Of a stretch of DNA of 64,000 bases, positions 19,892 to 29,154 are shown in pieces. This DNA comes from an uncultured bacterium (lineage in GTDB: Bacteria > Krumholzibacteriota > Krumholzibacteriia > Krumholzibacteriales > Krumholzibacteriaceae). Where the stretch lies: positions 224,001-288,000 of the forward strand of contig CAWBAN010000004.1 of assembly GCA_963786935.1 (NCBI GenBank), read 5' to 3'. The translations under genes and the position numbers were made by a program. Numbering within the stretch: position 1 is the stretch's first letter; each line of letters opens with the position of its first letter. The notes beneath the pieces are model-generated. The model saw only the letters and a list, made by a program, of their open reading frames with translations. It ran no database searches and was not told where the DNA came from.

Positions 19892-19907
19892 GCCGGGCCG
19901 CGCGGCC

Positions 19908-19946
19908 TTCACGAAATTCTAACAACTCCCTCACGAGGGATTAACG
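19908..19946 (+). promoter_or_regulatory. Pho-box-like array upstream of pstS
   Basis: TTCACG, CTAACA, CTCACG, TTAACG at 19908, 19919, 19930, 19941 (11-bp period). Confidence 0.72.
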
Positions 19947-19992
19947 GGACGTGAGCATCATGAAGAGAACAATGAAACAGGAGGTGCTGGCG

Positions 19993-20838
19993 ATGAAGAG
20001 AATCGGAAACGTGATCGGGACGGCGTCGCTCGCCGTCGCGCTCTGCCTCGTCTTCGCGGTCTCCCCGGGATTCGCGCAGGCCAACCGGATCATCGTCGAC
20101 GGCTCGACGACGGTCGGGCCGATTGCAAAGGCGTTCGCCGAATACTTCATGTCGAAGAATCCCGGCATCAATATCACGGTGGGCGAGTCGGGAAGCGGAA
20201 ACGGAGCCAAATCGCTCATCAACGGGATGTGCGACATCGCGACGATGTCGCGCTTCATGAAGGACGAGGAGTTCAAGGCCGCGGTCGCGAAGGGCGTCTA
20301 TCCGGTCGGAACGGTCGTCGCGATCGACGGGCTCGCGATCGTCGTCCATCCGAGCTCTCCGGTCCAGGGGCTCACCATCGAGCGGATCCGCGACATCTAC
20401 ACGGGCAAAATCACGAATTGGAAAGAGGTCGGCGGTCCGAACGTCGCGATCGTCGTGATCAGCCGCGACACGAACAGCGGCACGTACGAGAGTTTCGAAT
20501 CGCTCGTCATGAACAAACAGAAGATCTCCGACAAGGCCGAGTACGTGGGATCGAGCGGCGCAATACGCGCGCGCGTCCAGAGCACCCCGGCGGCCATCGG
20601 CTACGTGGGGCTCGGCTTCGTCGACAAGACCCTTAAGGCGCTCAAGGTGAACGGCGTCATTCCCGATAACGCGACGGTGATCTCCGGCGAATATCCGATC
20701 GCCCGGCCGCTCTTCATGTTCACGAACGGCGTGCCGAAGCCGGGGAGCAAGCTCTACAACTTCCTGAACCTCTACCTGACGCAGAAAGGGCAGCAGATCG
20801 TCGAGGAGATCGGGTTCGTGCCCGTCACGCAGTACTGA
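19993..20838 (+). CDS. pstS: phosphate ABC transporter substrate-binding protein
   Basis: DGSTTV, GSGNG, MSR, SRDTNSGT, YPIARPLF. Confidence 0.93.
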   Translation: MKRIGNVIGTASLAVALCLVFAVSPGFAQANRIIVDGSTTVGPIAKAFAEYFMSKNPGINITVGESGSGNGAKSLINGMCDIATMSRFMKDEEFKAAVAKGVYPVGTVVAIDGLAIVVHPSSPVQGLTIERIRDIYTGKITNWKEVGGPNVAIVVISRDTNSGTYESFESLVMNKQKISDKAEYVGSSGAIRARVQSTPAAIGYVGLGFVDKTLKALKVNGVIPDNATVISGEYPIARPLFMFTNGVPKPGSKLYNFLNLYLTQKGQQIVEEIGFVPVTQY

Positions 20839-21962
20839 TGGAGAACGGCATTCTGATAAGCGCGGGCGCCAGGCGCTTCAAGCGCCTCGGCGCCCTTTTC
20901 GGCCATTCGCTTCTCGTTGCGGTCGCCTCGAGCTCCATCATCGCGCTCCTCTTCATCTTCTATTTTATCATGCGCGACGCGATCCCCTTCTTCAGGCTCG
21001 AGGGCTTCAGGGAGTTCTTCACGAGCACGCACTGGTACCCGTCCCGCGATCCGGCCGAGTTCGGCGCGCTCGCGATCTTCGTCGGGAGCGCGCTCGTCAC
21101 GCTCGGGGCCTCGCTCGTCGCCGTGCCGATGGGGATACTCGCCGCGCTGTGCTTGAGCGATATTCTCCCGTTCTCGGCGCGGCAGGTGGCGAAGCCGGTC
21201 ATCGAGATGCTCGCGGCGATTCCGTCGGTCGTGTACGGATTCTTCGCGCTCGCCGTCTTCGCGCCGCTGCTCCAGACTCACGGGGGAAGCGTTCTCGTCG
21301 CCGGCGCATGGATGGTTCTCGCGCCCGTCGCGCTCGTCGCCGCCGCGCTGGCGGGCGACGCCGCGGCTTCGCGATTGCCCCCGAGAGCCCGCATGCCGGG
21401 GCGCGTCGCCGTCGCGGCCGGTTTCGGCGCCCTCTCGCTCGGAGCGCTCATCGTCCTCTCGGGGCATCTCGGCCGCATCTCCGTCTCGACGGGGACGAAC
21501 GCCCTCAACGTCTCGATCATCCTCGGGATCATGGCGCTGCCCACGATCGTGAGCGTCTCGGAGGACGCGCTGCAGTCCGTCGGTCGCGAGCTCCGCGAGG
21601 GGAGCTACGCCCTCGGCGCCACGCGAGCGGAGACCCTCGTCAAGGTCGTCGTGCCCGCGGCGCGCAGCGGCATCCTCGCCGCCGTGATCCTCGGCGTCAT
21701 GCGCGCGATCGGCGAGACGATGGTCGTCTGGATGGCCTCGGGCAACGCCGCGCAGATCCCCTCGCCCTGGTACAATCTCCTCGAGCCGGTCCGCACGCTC
21801 ACCGCGACGATCGCGGGCGACATGGGCGAGGCCGACCAGGTCACCGGCTCGGCGCGCTATCACGTGCTCTTCGCCATGGCGCTCTGCCTGCTCGCGTTCG
21901 CGTTCGTCATGAACGTCGTGAGCGAATACGCCATGCGTCGGACGCGCCGGAAGGGGAGGTGA
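20838..21962 (+). CDS. pstC: phosphate ABC transporter permease
   Basis: EMLAAIPSVVYG, REGSYALGAT, RAIGETM. Confidence 0.92.
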   Translation: MENGILISAGARRFKRLGALFGHSLLVAVASSSIIALLFIFYFIMRDAIPFFRLEGFREFFTSTHWYPSRDPAEFGALAIFVGSALVTLGASLVAVPMGILAALCLSDILPFSARQVAKPVIEMLAAIPSVVYGFFALAVFAPLLQTHGGSVLVAGAWMVLAPVALVAAALAGDAAASRLPPRARMPGRVAVAAGFGALSLGALIVLSGHLGRISVSTGTNALNVSIILGIMALPTIVSVSEDALQSVGRELREGSYALGATRAETLVKVVVPAARSGILAAVILGVMRAIGETMVVWMASGNAAQIPSPWYNLLEPVRTLTATIAGDMGEADQVTGSARYHVLFAMALCLLAFAFVMNVVSEYAMRRTRRKGR

Positions 21963-21966
21963 CGGG

Positions 21967-23314
21967 ATGCAGATCGGAACCCGCAAGCTGCTCGACCGCG
22001 CCTTCACCTTTGTGAGCGTCGTCTCGATCGTGCTCATGTCGCTCGCGCTGGTCGTCCTCCTCGGGCCGATATTCGTCAAGGGATCATCCGCCTTCATATT
22101 CCGGGCCACGGTCGAGCATCGCGAGCTCATGCTCGAGAAGTTCGGGCGCGGTGACCGCGCCGCGGTCGACGCCGAGCGGTCGCGGGCGGAGGCGGCGCGC
22201 GCGCCCGTCTTCGAGGCGATCCGGGCCTTCGAGGAGCAGCTCGACACGGCAGACGCCGATTTCCGCCGGCAATACCGGAGTGAATTCAACGAGCTGAAGG
22301 GCCTCGTGTTCGACCTCTTCGGGCCGACGCCCGGCGCGGAGGAGCCCGTGCTCATGCGCGAGCAGTACGGCCAGACCCGGTGGGACCGGGCGCAGGTCAA
22401 GCTCCGGGCGATTCTCTTCGTCGAGGACTAGGACTACTCGGATCCGTCGAAGATGGGCGTGAAGGTGCTGGCGCCGCGCGTCGATCGATTCAGGGGGACG
22501 TCCCTCGAGCCGGTCTTCGCGTAGCTCGAAAGCGGCGCGGAGGAGATGCTGCGTCCCCGCCTCACGTTGTACTGGCGGTTTCTTACCGACGAGTCCTACG
22601 ACTCGCATTTTTTCGGCGGCATCTGGCCGGAGATGCTCGGGACGATTTACCTCGTCGTCGGCGCGATGCTCTTCGCCGTTCCCATCGGGATCGTCACCGC
22701 GATCTACCTCGCCGAGTACGCGGGGGAGAGCCATTTCGTGAGCGTCCTCCGCACCTGCATCAGCACGCTGGCCGGCGTGCCGAGCATCGTCTTCGGGCTG
22801 TTCGGGCTGGCCTTCTTCATCAACACGATGCATGTCTCGCCGTCGAAGAGCGTGCTCGCGGGATCGCTGACGCTTGCCGTTCTCGTGCTGCCGACGGTGA
22901 TCCGCGCCTCGGAGGAGGCGATCCGGGCCGTGCCGCATGACCTACAAGGAGGCCGCGCTGAGCCTCGGCGCGAGCAAGTGGCGCACGATCCTTACGGTGA
23001 TTCTGCCGGCGGCGCTCCCCGGCATTCTCACCGGCATCATCATCAGCATGGGGCGGGCCGCGGGCGAGACGGCGCCCATCATCTTCACCGCCGCGGTGAG
23101 CGTCGGGAAGCCGCTCGCCATCTGGCAGACGATCTCGCAGCCGACGCCCGCGCTGCCGTGGAACATCTACAATCTCGCGACGGAGCACCAGGCGGTGGAC
23201 GAGATCCGGCACGTCCAGTACGGCATGGTGCTCACGCTCGTCGCGCTCGTGCTCCTGCTCAATCTGGCGGCTATCATTCTGCGCGCCAGAATATCGAAGA
23301 AGCTGAGAGGGTAG
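21967..23314 (+). pseudogene. pstA: pstA interrupted by two in-frame TAGs (22429, 22522) and a frameshift near 22937; true lesion or sequencing error
   Basis: The pieces join into one PstA: GGIWPE, LAGVPSIVFGLFG, then YKEAALSLGASKW..GRAAGETAP in another frame. Confidence 0.85.
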
Positions 23315-23323
23315 GAGGCCGGT

Positions 23324-24191
23324 ATGTCCGATACGTCCGATCCGGAGGAAACAGTGAACCAGACACAGGGAGAACGAAGCGCCCCGCTCGCGAAGCCGTC
23401 GCGGACGGTGCGTCCGAACAGGCCGCAGCCGGGCGGCGATGCGCTCATCCGCGCGAAGGAGTTCTCGGTCTTCTACGGCACGAAGGCCGCCGTCGACCGG
23501 GTGACGTTCGATATCCAGGCGGGGAGGGTGACCGCGATCATCGGCCCGAGCGGCTGCGGGAAGAGCACGTTCCTGCGCGCGATCAACCGGATGAACGATC
23601 TCGTCCCCGGGTTGCAATGTGTCGGGCGCGCTGAGCCTCGAGGATCAGAATCTCTACGCCCCCGACGTCGACGTCGTGGCGCTCCGCAAGATGATCGGCA
23701 TGGTGTTCCAGAAGCCGAACCCGTTCCCCAAGAGCGTCTTCGACAACGTCGCCTTCGGGCCCCGGATACACGGGCTGAGCGACCGGGGGACGCTCGACGA
23801 GATCGTCGAGCGGAGCCTCAAGCGCGCGGCGCTCTTGGACGAGGTGAAGGACCGCCTCGACCATAGCGCGCTCGGCCTCTCGGGCGGCCAGCAGCAGCGG
23901 CTCTGCATCGCGCGGGCGATCGCGGTCGATCCGAAGATTCTCCTGATGGACGAGCCCGCCTCGGCGCTCGATCCGCGCTCGACCACCCGGATCGAGGACC
24001 TGATCGGGGAGCTCCGCGGCGACTACACGATCGTCATCGTCACGCACAACATGCAGCAGGCGGCCCGCGTCTCCGATATGACCGCTTTCTTTTACGAGGG
24101 CCGTCTGGTAGAGTTCGGCGATACGACGCAGGTATTCACCAAGCCCGAAGCCCGCGAGACCGAGGATTACATCACGGGGCGTTTCGGATGA
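23324..24191 (+). pseudogene. pstB: pstB with a frameshift near 23610; true lesion or sequencing error
   Basis: [19 protein letters not shown] in one frame; [31 protein letters not shown] in another. Confidence 0.88.
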
Positions 24192-24214
24192 CGAGCAAAA
24201 GGACGGTGTGAATC

Positions 24215-24886
24215 GTGTCGAAGCATCTGGAGATGGAGATCGAGAATCTCAAGAAACGGATTCTCGCCCTGAGCGCCGACGGTCGAGGACAACGTGTACA
24301 AGGCGGTGCGGGCGCTCGAGGAGCGGAGCTCGGCGCTCGCCGACGAGGTCATCGAGAGCGACCCGGAATCGACGACACGGAGGTGACGATCGAGGAGGAG
24401 TGCCTCAAGGTGCTCGCGCTCCATCAGCCGGTCGCGGGGGATCTGAGGTTCATCGTCGCCATCCTCAAGATCAACAACGACCTCGAGCGGATGGGGGATC
24501 TCGCCGTCAACGTCGCCGAGCGGGCGAAGTTCCTCGCGACGCGCGAGCGCCCCGACGTGCCGCTCGATCTCCCGCTCATGGCCGATAAGACGAAGGCCAT
24601 GATGAAGAAGAGCCTCGACGCCCTGATGAAACAGAACGCGAGGCTCGCGTACGAAGTCCTCGAGGCCGACGACGAGATCGACTCGATGAACCGCGACATG
24701 TACGCCCGGATCCAGGACGCGATCAGGAAGAAGCCCGAGCATCTCGAGAGCCTCATTCATCTGCTCTCGTGCTCGCGGCACCTCGAGCGCATCGCCGATC
24801 ACGCGACGAACATCGCCGAGGACGTCATCTACATGATCGACGGCGTCATCGTCCGCCACCGCGCCGAGGAGTACCGGGCCGAATGA
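24215..24886 (+). CDS. phoU: phosphate signalling protein PhoU with an apparent compensating frameshift pair (about 24278-24368)
   Basis: QPVAGDLR, DLERMGD, LERIADHATNIAE. The PhoU-like segment VEDNVYKAVRALEERSSALADEVIESDPE lies in the +1 frame. Confidence 0.88.
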   Translation: MSKHLEMEIENLKKRILALSADGRGQRVQGGAGARGAELGARRRGHRERPGIDDTEVTIEEECLKVLALHQPVAGDLRFIVAILKINNDLERMGDLAVNVAERAKFLATRERPDVPLDLPLMADKTKAMMKKSLDALMKQNARLAYEVLEADDEIDSMNRDMYARIQDAIRKKPEHLESLIHLLSCSRHLERIADHATNIAEDVIYMIDGVIVRHRAEEYRAE

Positions 24887-24898
24887 TCGCGGGATCCC

Positions 24899-25102
24899 TT
24901 ACTTCTCGAGAACGAAGATCACGCGCATCGTCACGCGGTACTCGACGATCTTATTCTTCTCGACGTGCGCCGTCTGCTTGAGTATCTCGACCCCGGTGAT
25001 CCCGCGGAGCGTCTTGGTCGCGCGCTCGAAACCCGTGCGCGCCGCGTCTTCCCAGCTCTTCGGCGAGGACGATACGATTTCGGTCACCCGTGCAACTGCC
25101 AT
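24899..25102 (-). CDS. dodecin family protein
   Basis: 67 aa; VTEIVSSSPKSWEDA..RATKTLR..IVEYRV; AAGGAGG RBS. Confidence 0.88.
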   Translation of the reverse strand: MAVARVTEIVSSSPKSWEDAARTGFERATKTLRGITGVEILKQTAHVEKNKIVEYRVTMRVIFVLEK

Positions 25103-25152
25103 GTGAGGCCTCCTTTGGTTCGATATCCGGCGCCAGCATACCACGGCGCAGG

Positions 25153-27072
25153 CTAAAAGTCCACTTTCGTCCCGAGCGTGAATCGGGTCCCGGGAGCGGG
25201 ATACCCGGCCACCTCGTCGTATTGCTCGTCCGTCGCGTTGCTCACCGTGAGGAAGGTTTCGCTCACGCCCCCCGCCCGGAACGAGACGGTCGCGTCGAGC
25301 CGCGTGTACGCCGGGTTGTAGTACTCCCCGCGGGGTCCGCCGAAATCGTTGTCGAGCCGCGCGCCGACTCGGGACGCCGAGACGAGCGCGTCGAACGGGC
25401 CGCGCCGGTATGAAACGCCCCCGCCGCCGCTGTGGCGCGGCCGCCGGAGGAGCTGCTTTCCCGTGTCGAGGTCCTCGGTGTGCGTGAAGGAATAGAAGCC
25501 CCGGAGCGTCAGCGCCTCCACGGGGCGCAGGCTCGATTGTATCTCCACGCCGCGGCTCTCAGCCCTCCCGATGTTGTCGGCGAGCCACGTGTCCGGATTG
25601 GAGGTGATCATGTCGCGATAGGAGTTGTCGAACCAGGCGCATTCGAGATCGGCCCTGCCCGCGGCGAAATCGCGCCTGAACCCGGCGTCCCAGCCGAACG
25701 TCCGCTCGGGCGCGAGGCCGGGATTGCCGTAGCCGGGGTAGTAGAGCTCGTTCAGGCTCGGGGCGCGGAATCCGGTGCCGACCGAGGCCTTGAGCACGAC
25801 TCCGCTCCGCGGCATCGGATACGAGAGCGAGAGCTTGTACGTGGCGACGGACCCGAACTCGCTGTGGTCGTCCACGCGGACGCCGGCGGACGCCGTCGGG
25901 AGCCCCTTGAAATCGAATATCCCGTTCGCGAAGATGCTCGCGTTGCTGATCCGGTCGTCGAAGGTCGTCGTGCCGAACGCGGAGTAGCCGCTGTTCGTCG
26001 TCCGCTCCTCCTTCCATTCGAGGCCGGAGACGAGCCACACGCTCTCCGAGAATCGCAGGTCGTTCTGCCAGGCCGCGTCCTTGACGTGCGAGTTGATCTC
26101 CGAGAAGCCGTCCCCCGCGAAGGGGCCGGTTTCCGCCGGGTCGACCGGGTCGTCCCACGTGATCTCCCGGGAGAGGAACGAGGCGCGCACGGAGTGGCTC
26201 CACCGGTCGGTGACGAACTGGCGGTACTGCGCGGAGACGACGAAATGCCCGCCGTCCTGCGTCGCGTTCGGATCGGGCGCGAATTGCGGGCCGCCGAGAC
26301 CGTTCGACGCCTCGCGGTACCGCAGGCTCACGCTGACGTTCGTCGTCTCGGTCATCCTGCTCGAGACCGATCCCGAGAAGACCGTATTCCGGTAGAAGCT
26401 GTTCGGAGACGGTCCGTCGGTCGTCGCGCCCGAGAGCGTGTACGAGTAGTTGAAGGCGCTCTCCCCGCCCGAGAGCGAGATCGCGCCGTCGGCGCTGCGG
26501 AAGGATCCGCCGGAGATCGACGCGCTCCGGCGCGGCCCTTCTTTCGGCCCGCCCGTGATGATGTTGACGACGCCGCCGATCGCGGACGAACCGTAGAGGA
26601 TCCCGTGCGGGCCGCGCACCACCTCGATGCGCGCGACGTTGTCGCACGTGAGCTCGGAGAAGTCGAACGCCCCCGTCGTCGGATCGTTGAGCGGCACGCC
26701 GTCGAGCATGACGAGCACGTGGTTGCTGTTGGAGCCGCGCATGAAGACGCTCGCGGCCGTCCCTTCGCTCCCCATCCGCGCGACGCTCAGTCCGGGCACG
26801 GCGCGGAGGAGCTCCCCGACGCTCTCCGCGTGCCGCCGCTCGATCTCGCTCCGCGTGATGACCGTGATGAAGCTCGCCGTCTTCTCGAGGGGCCATTCGA
26901 TGCGCGTCGCCGTCACGACGATCTCGGGACCGGGATAGAGCTTGCCGTCGCGCTCGGCGTCGGCAGCCGTTTCGGCGCCCGCCGCGGGCCCGGCCGCGGC
27001 GACCGCCCGCGCGGCCGCGAACAAGATCGCGCCGGCCGCGAGCGATGCCTGGATGGATCGGGAAACGTTCAT
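25153..27072 (-). CDS. btuB: TonB-dependent receptor, BtuB-like
   Basis: EIVVTATR TonB box, plug domain (RGSNSNHVLVMLDG, RIEVVRGP), FRAPSLNELY, C-terminal Phe; downstream of a B12 riboswitch. Confidence 0.85.
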   Translation of the reverse strand: MNVSRSIQASLAAGAILFAAARAVAAAGPAAGAETAADAERDGKLYPGPEIVVTATRIEWPLEKTASFITVITRSEIERRHAESVGELLRAVPGLSVARMGSEGTAASVFMRGSNSNHVLVMLDGVPLNDPTTGAFDFSELTCDNVARIEVVRGPHGILYGSSAIGGVVNIITGGPKEGPRRSASISGGSFRSADGAISLSGGESAFNYSYTLSGATTDGPSPNSFYRNTVFSGSVSSRMTETTNVSVSLRYREASNGLGGPQFAPDPNATQDGGHFVVSAQYRQFVTDRWSHSVRASFLSREITWDDPVDPAETGPFAGDGFSEINSHVKDAAWQNDLRFSESVWLVSGLEWKEERTTNSGYSAFGTTTFDDRISNASIFANGIFDFKGLPTASAGVRVDDHSEFGSVATYKLSLSYPMPRSGVVLKASVGTGFRAPSLNELYYPGYGNPGLAPERTFGWDAGFRRDFAAGRADLECAWFDNSYRDMITSNPDTWLADNIGRAESRGVEIQSSLRPVEALTLRGFYSFTHTEDLDTGKQLLRRPRHSGGGGVSYRRGPFDALVSASRVGARLDNDFGGPRGEYYNPAYTRLDATVSFRAGGVSETFLTVSNATDEQYDEVAGYPAPGTRFTLGTKVDF

Positions 27073-27121
27073 GGCGCTCCTTCCTCTCGTTCCTCGAAGA
27101 GGCACGGGTCGATGAATTCTC

Positions 27122-27278
27122 CAGGCAGGTCTCCTGACTTGTGGCTCAATCGCCTCCGCCCCCTTCCCAGCTCAGAGCGCCAGTGGTTTCGGGCGGAAGG
27201 CTCGCCATTCACAGTGGCGGGTCCGTGAGGGATTCGCACCCTCTTCCCTGTTCGGCTCCTGACGAGCACCTGAAGATA
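27122..27278 (-). ncRNA. cobalamin riboswitch
   Basis: Minus strand: AGGTGC..AACAGGGAAGAGGGTGCGAATCCCTCACGGACCCGCCACTGT..CCACTG..GGGAAGG..AAGTCAGGAGACCTGCC. Confidence 0.93.
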
Positions 27279-27291
27279 TGTTGCGGGGGGA

Positions 27292-27321
27292 ATGCTAGCG
27301 CGCCGGCGCGGCGCGTGTCAA
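27292..27321 (-). promoter_or_regulatory. sigma70-like promoter of the riboswitch-btuB transcript
   Basis: TTGACA-N18-TAGCAT just upstream of the riboswitch. Confidence 0.55.
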
Positions 27322-27508
27322 CGGGAAACGGGGCGGGGCCCCGAAAGGCGCCGGGGGTCGCCGTGCCCCGCCGCGAGCGCGTGCCCCCGGCGCGTCCGCC
27401 GGCCGAGTTCCCTCTGGCCGTCGAGCCTCCCGGGCCGTATAATGTCCCCGGCATCATATTGATACCGCGGGCATGACGCCCTCGGGACGGCACATGAAGG
27501 AGAGCACC

Positions 27509-29143
27509 ATGAAGAGCGTATCGTTGATCGTCTGCGCGGCCCTGTTCGTCCTTTCGGGGACGTTCGGCCCGGCCGGCGCCTGCACGAACCTCATCGTGAC
27601 GAAGGGGGCGTCCGCGGACGGCTCCGTCATGATCACGTACACCTGCGACGGCGAGTTCCATCCGCGCCTCCGCGTGGAGCCCGCGGCCGACCACGGCCCC
27701 GACGAATGGATCGAGATCAAGGACTGGAACGGCGTGGTGAAGGGGAAGATCAAACAGGCGCCGCACACCTACGCGGTGGTCGATCTCATGAACGAGCATC
27801 AACTCGTCATCGGAGAGACGACCTTCACGGGGCGCGAGGAGCTCATCAACCCCGACGGCGCGCTGCACTACTGGTGGCTCATGAGGCTCGCGCTCCAGCG
27901 CGCGACGACGGCCCGCGAGGCGGTCGAGGTCATGGCCGCGCTCGTGGAGGAGTACGGCTACGCGAGCGAGGGGGAATCGATCTCGATCGGCGACCCGAAC
28001 GAGGCGTGGCTCATGGAGATCATCGGGCCCGGGCCGGGCGGGAAAGGGGCGAACTGGGTGGCGCTCCGCGTGCCCGACGGATATATATGCGCCCACGCCA
28101 ACAAGTCGCGCATCGGAGAGTTCCCGTTGAACGACGCGAAGAACTGCCTCTATTCCCCCGGCGTCATCGACTTCGCGGTCGAGAAGGGCTATTACGATCC
28201 GGCCTCCGGAACGCCGTTCAACTTCAGCGAGGCGTACTGCCCCGCGAATATGCAGAAGCTGCGCTACACGGAGACGAGGGTGTGGAGCATCTTCCGCCGC
28301 GCGGCGCCGTCGCGGGAGTGGCCCGTCGAGTATCACCGCGGCGTGAAGGGCGCGGCTCCCTATCCGCTCTGGATCAAGCCCGACAAGAAGCTCACGAAGG
28401 GGGACGTTTACGGGCTCATGCGCGACCATTACGAGGGCACGCCGTACGACATGACGCAGGGGATCGACGCGGGTCCGTTCGGCTCGCCGAACCGCTGGCG
28501 TCCGATGATCTGGAAAATGGACGGCGCCGATTACACGTGGGAGCGCCCCATCTCGACGCAACAGACCGGATTCTCGTTCGTCTCGCAATCGCGCTCGTGG
28601 CTCCCGGATCCGGTCGGCGGCGTGCTCTGGTACGGCATGGACGACACCTATTTCACCTGCTACGTCCCGCTCTACTGCGGCATCACGGCGGCGCCCGAGT
28701 CTTTCGCCCGGGGCAGGCTCGGCGAGTTCTCGTGGAATTCGGCGTGGTGGGTGTTCAATTTCGTCGCGAACTTCGCCAATCTCAAGTATTCGTACATGAA
28801 GGACGACATCCTGAAGGTCCAGCGCGAGCTCGAGGGGGGCTTCGACGCGCTGCAGCCGGTGATCGAGAAGACCGCGGTCGATCTCCACAAGAATAATCCC
28901 GCGCTCCTCTCGGCGTTCCTCACCGACTATTCGACGAGCCACGCCGAGATGGCCGTGAAGCGCTACCGGGAGCTCGGCGAAACGCTCATCAAGAAATACA
29001 ACGACGGGTACGTGCAGGACGAGAAGGGGGAGCCGAAGGAAGTCGGCTATCCCGAATCGTGGTACCGCGAAGTGATCCGGGCGAGGCCCGATCAGTTCAA
29101 GATCGTGAACGAGGATACGCTGAAAACGGATCTGCCCTATTGA
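27509..29143 (+). CDS. peptidase family C69 dipeptidase
   Basis: Signal peptide followed by catalytic CTNLIVTKGASADGS; MNEHQLVIGETT; ERPIST. Confidence 0.9.
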   Translation: MKSVSLIVCAALFVLSGTFGPAGACTNLIVTKGASADGSVMITYTCDGEFHPRLRVEPAADHGPDEWIEIKDWNGVVKGKIKQAPHTYAVVDLMNEHQLVIGETTFTGREELINPDGALHYWWLMRLALQRATTAREAVEVMAALVEEYGYASEGESISIGDPNEAWLMEIIGPGPGGKGANWVALRVPDGYICAHANKSRIGEFPLNDAKNCLYSPGVIDFAVEKGYYDPASGTPFNFSEAYCPANMQKLRYTETRVWSIFRRAAPSREWPVEYHRGVKGAAPYPLWIKPDKKLTKGDVYGLMRDHYEGTPYDMTQGIDAGPFGSPNRWRPMIWKMDGADYTWERPISTQQTGFSFVSQSRSWLPDPVGGVLWYGMDDTYFTCYVPLYCGITAAPESFARGRLGEFSWNSAWWVFNFVANFANLKYSYMKDDILKVQRELEGGFDALQPVIEKTAVDLHKNNPALLSAFLTDYSTSHAEMAVKRYRELGETLIKKYNDGYVQDEKGEPKEVGYPESWYREVIRARPDQFKIVNEDTLKTDLPY

Positions 29144-29154
29144 CGGTGCGGCGC

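Noticed and set aside
22429..22524. Two in-frame TAGs in pstA as stop-codon reassignment or pyrrolysine
   Set aside because: TAG terminates many intact genes here (lpoB-like, tssC, hcp, vgrG), no pyl genes are seen, and frameshifts cluster at the same place.
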